In this document: positions 62,950-64,000 of the stretch, piece by piece
Numbering within the stretch: position 1 is the stretch's first letter
How the letters are laid out: each line of letters opens with the position of its first letter
Origin: Glaucostegus cemiculus
Taxonomy: Eukaryota
Reading direction: 5' to 3'
NCBI GenBank assembly: GCA_976551045.1
Contig: CDPCPM010000077.1
Location: 558,001-622,000 of the forward strand
Length of the DNA: 64,000 bases
The notes under the pieces: model-generated
Databases searched by the model: none
What the model was told of the DNA's origin: nothing
Seen by the model: only the letters and a program-made list of their open reading frames with translations
Program-made: the position numbers and the translations under genes

Positions 62950-63381
62950 GGAGACACACTAGACAGCAGATGCTGGAATTGGGAGCAAAAAAAGAACTGC
63001 CGGAGGACCTCAGCAGGTCGGGCAGAATATTTGGTGGGAAATGGACCGTCCATGTTGAGACCCTTCAGCTGGACTGAAAAAGTAGAGGAGAGAGAGCAAG
63101 TATAAAGATGTGAGGGGGAGGGGTGGGGAAACATCTGGCAAGTGACAGGTGGATCCAAGTTAGGGGTTGATTAGCAGACATTCAGGTGGGGTGGGAAGGG
63201 AGGTGATAGGTAGAGGCAACAAAGGGCTGAAGATCATGGAATCTGATAAGGAAGGTGAAGAGTAACCAAATAAGGGAGGTACAGTTGGGAACATTGGGAG
63301 ATGGTATAGAGGACCCTGTGGGAGGAGAGTGGGTAACTTGCAGATAGAGCAGGTGGGGAAGGGGAAAGGAACTGGGTGATC
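62950..63381 (-). mobile_element. PLE terminal fragment
   Basis: Family arm plus purine-rich segment similar to 43790-44230. Confidence 0.75.
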
Positions 63382-64000
63382 GGATGTTAGCTTTTGGGAT
63401 GTTAGCTTTTATATTTCGTGGGATTGAGTTCAAGAGCAGAGAGGTGATGATGCTGCTTTACAAAACTCTAGTTAGGCCGCACTTAGAATATTGTGTTCAG
63501 TTCTGGTCGCCGCATTATAGGAAAGATGTGGAGGAGTTGGAGAGGGTACAGAGGCGATTTACCAGGATGATGCCTGGATTAGAGGGTATGGAATATGAGG
63601 AAAGGCTTAAGGTGCTAGGGCTCTACTCGTTGTAGAGGAGGAGGATGAGAGGGGACTTGATAGAGGTGTATAAGATATTGAGCGGAATAGATAGAGTGAC
63701 AGCTAGCGCCTCTTTCCCAGAGCGCAGATGCACAAGATGAGAGGGCATGGCTTTAAGATATTGGGTGGAAAGTTTAGGGGAGATGTCAGAGGGAAGTTTT
63801 TCACGCAGAGAGTGGTTGGCGCATGGAATACACTGTTTGGGGTGGTAGTAGAGGCAGATACGTTGGACAGGTTCAAGAGATTGTTAAATAGGCACATGGA
63901 AGAATGTGGAATAGTAGGTTATGTGGGAGGAAAGAGTTAGATTGTGAGATGTTTGAAGGATGGCACAACTTGGTGGGCCGAAGGGCCTGTTTTGTGCTGT
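63382..64000 (+). mobile_element. Young CR1 3' fragment (family of 52113-54703), running off the window
   Basis: ORFs 63384-63635 and 63728-63940 nearly identical to the 52-kb copy; 14-bp GGATGTTAGCTTTT duplication at the 5' junction. Confidence 0.95.

Overview
Vertebrate nuclear DNA, not prokaryotic. The repeat inventory points to a cartilaginous fish (shark or ray; inference). Most of the window is intergenic sequence crowded with nested retroelements: many CR1 LINE fragments (one 2.6-kb 5'-truncated copy keeps an 805-aa EN/RT frame), Penelope-like (PLE) remnants and PLE-derived hairpin elements, V-SINEs with two different tails, DeuSINE-like SINEs, RTE 3' ends and a Tc1/mariner-type MITE. 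There is also a 141-N gap. I recognise no cellular protein-coding exon; nearly all ORF-track entries are LINE fragments, their antisense frames or low-complexity sequence. A CpG-island promoter with tandem ETS/GABP sites and a probable non-coding first exon lies at about 59.7-60.0 kb. Less obvious items are: (1) a truncated endogenous retrovirus (3' LTR, PPT and env TM remnant) at 15.6-16.9 kb; (2) an unrelated solo LTR with a 5-bp TSD at 21.7-22.3 kb; (3) a perfect 138-bp inverted repeat inside an old SINE; (4) a perfect 29-bp hairpin filling a candidate minus-strand non-coding exon; (5) a decayed ~197-codon frame of unknown, possibly viral, origin; (6) two young CR1 copies sharing the same frameshift. 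No complete novel multi-gene system is supported. All family names come from motif recognition rather than database searches, and boundaries of old repeats are approximate.
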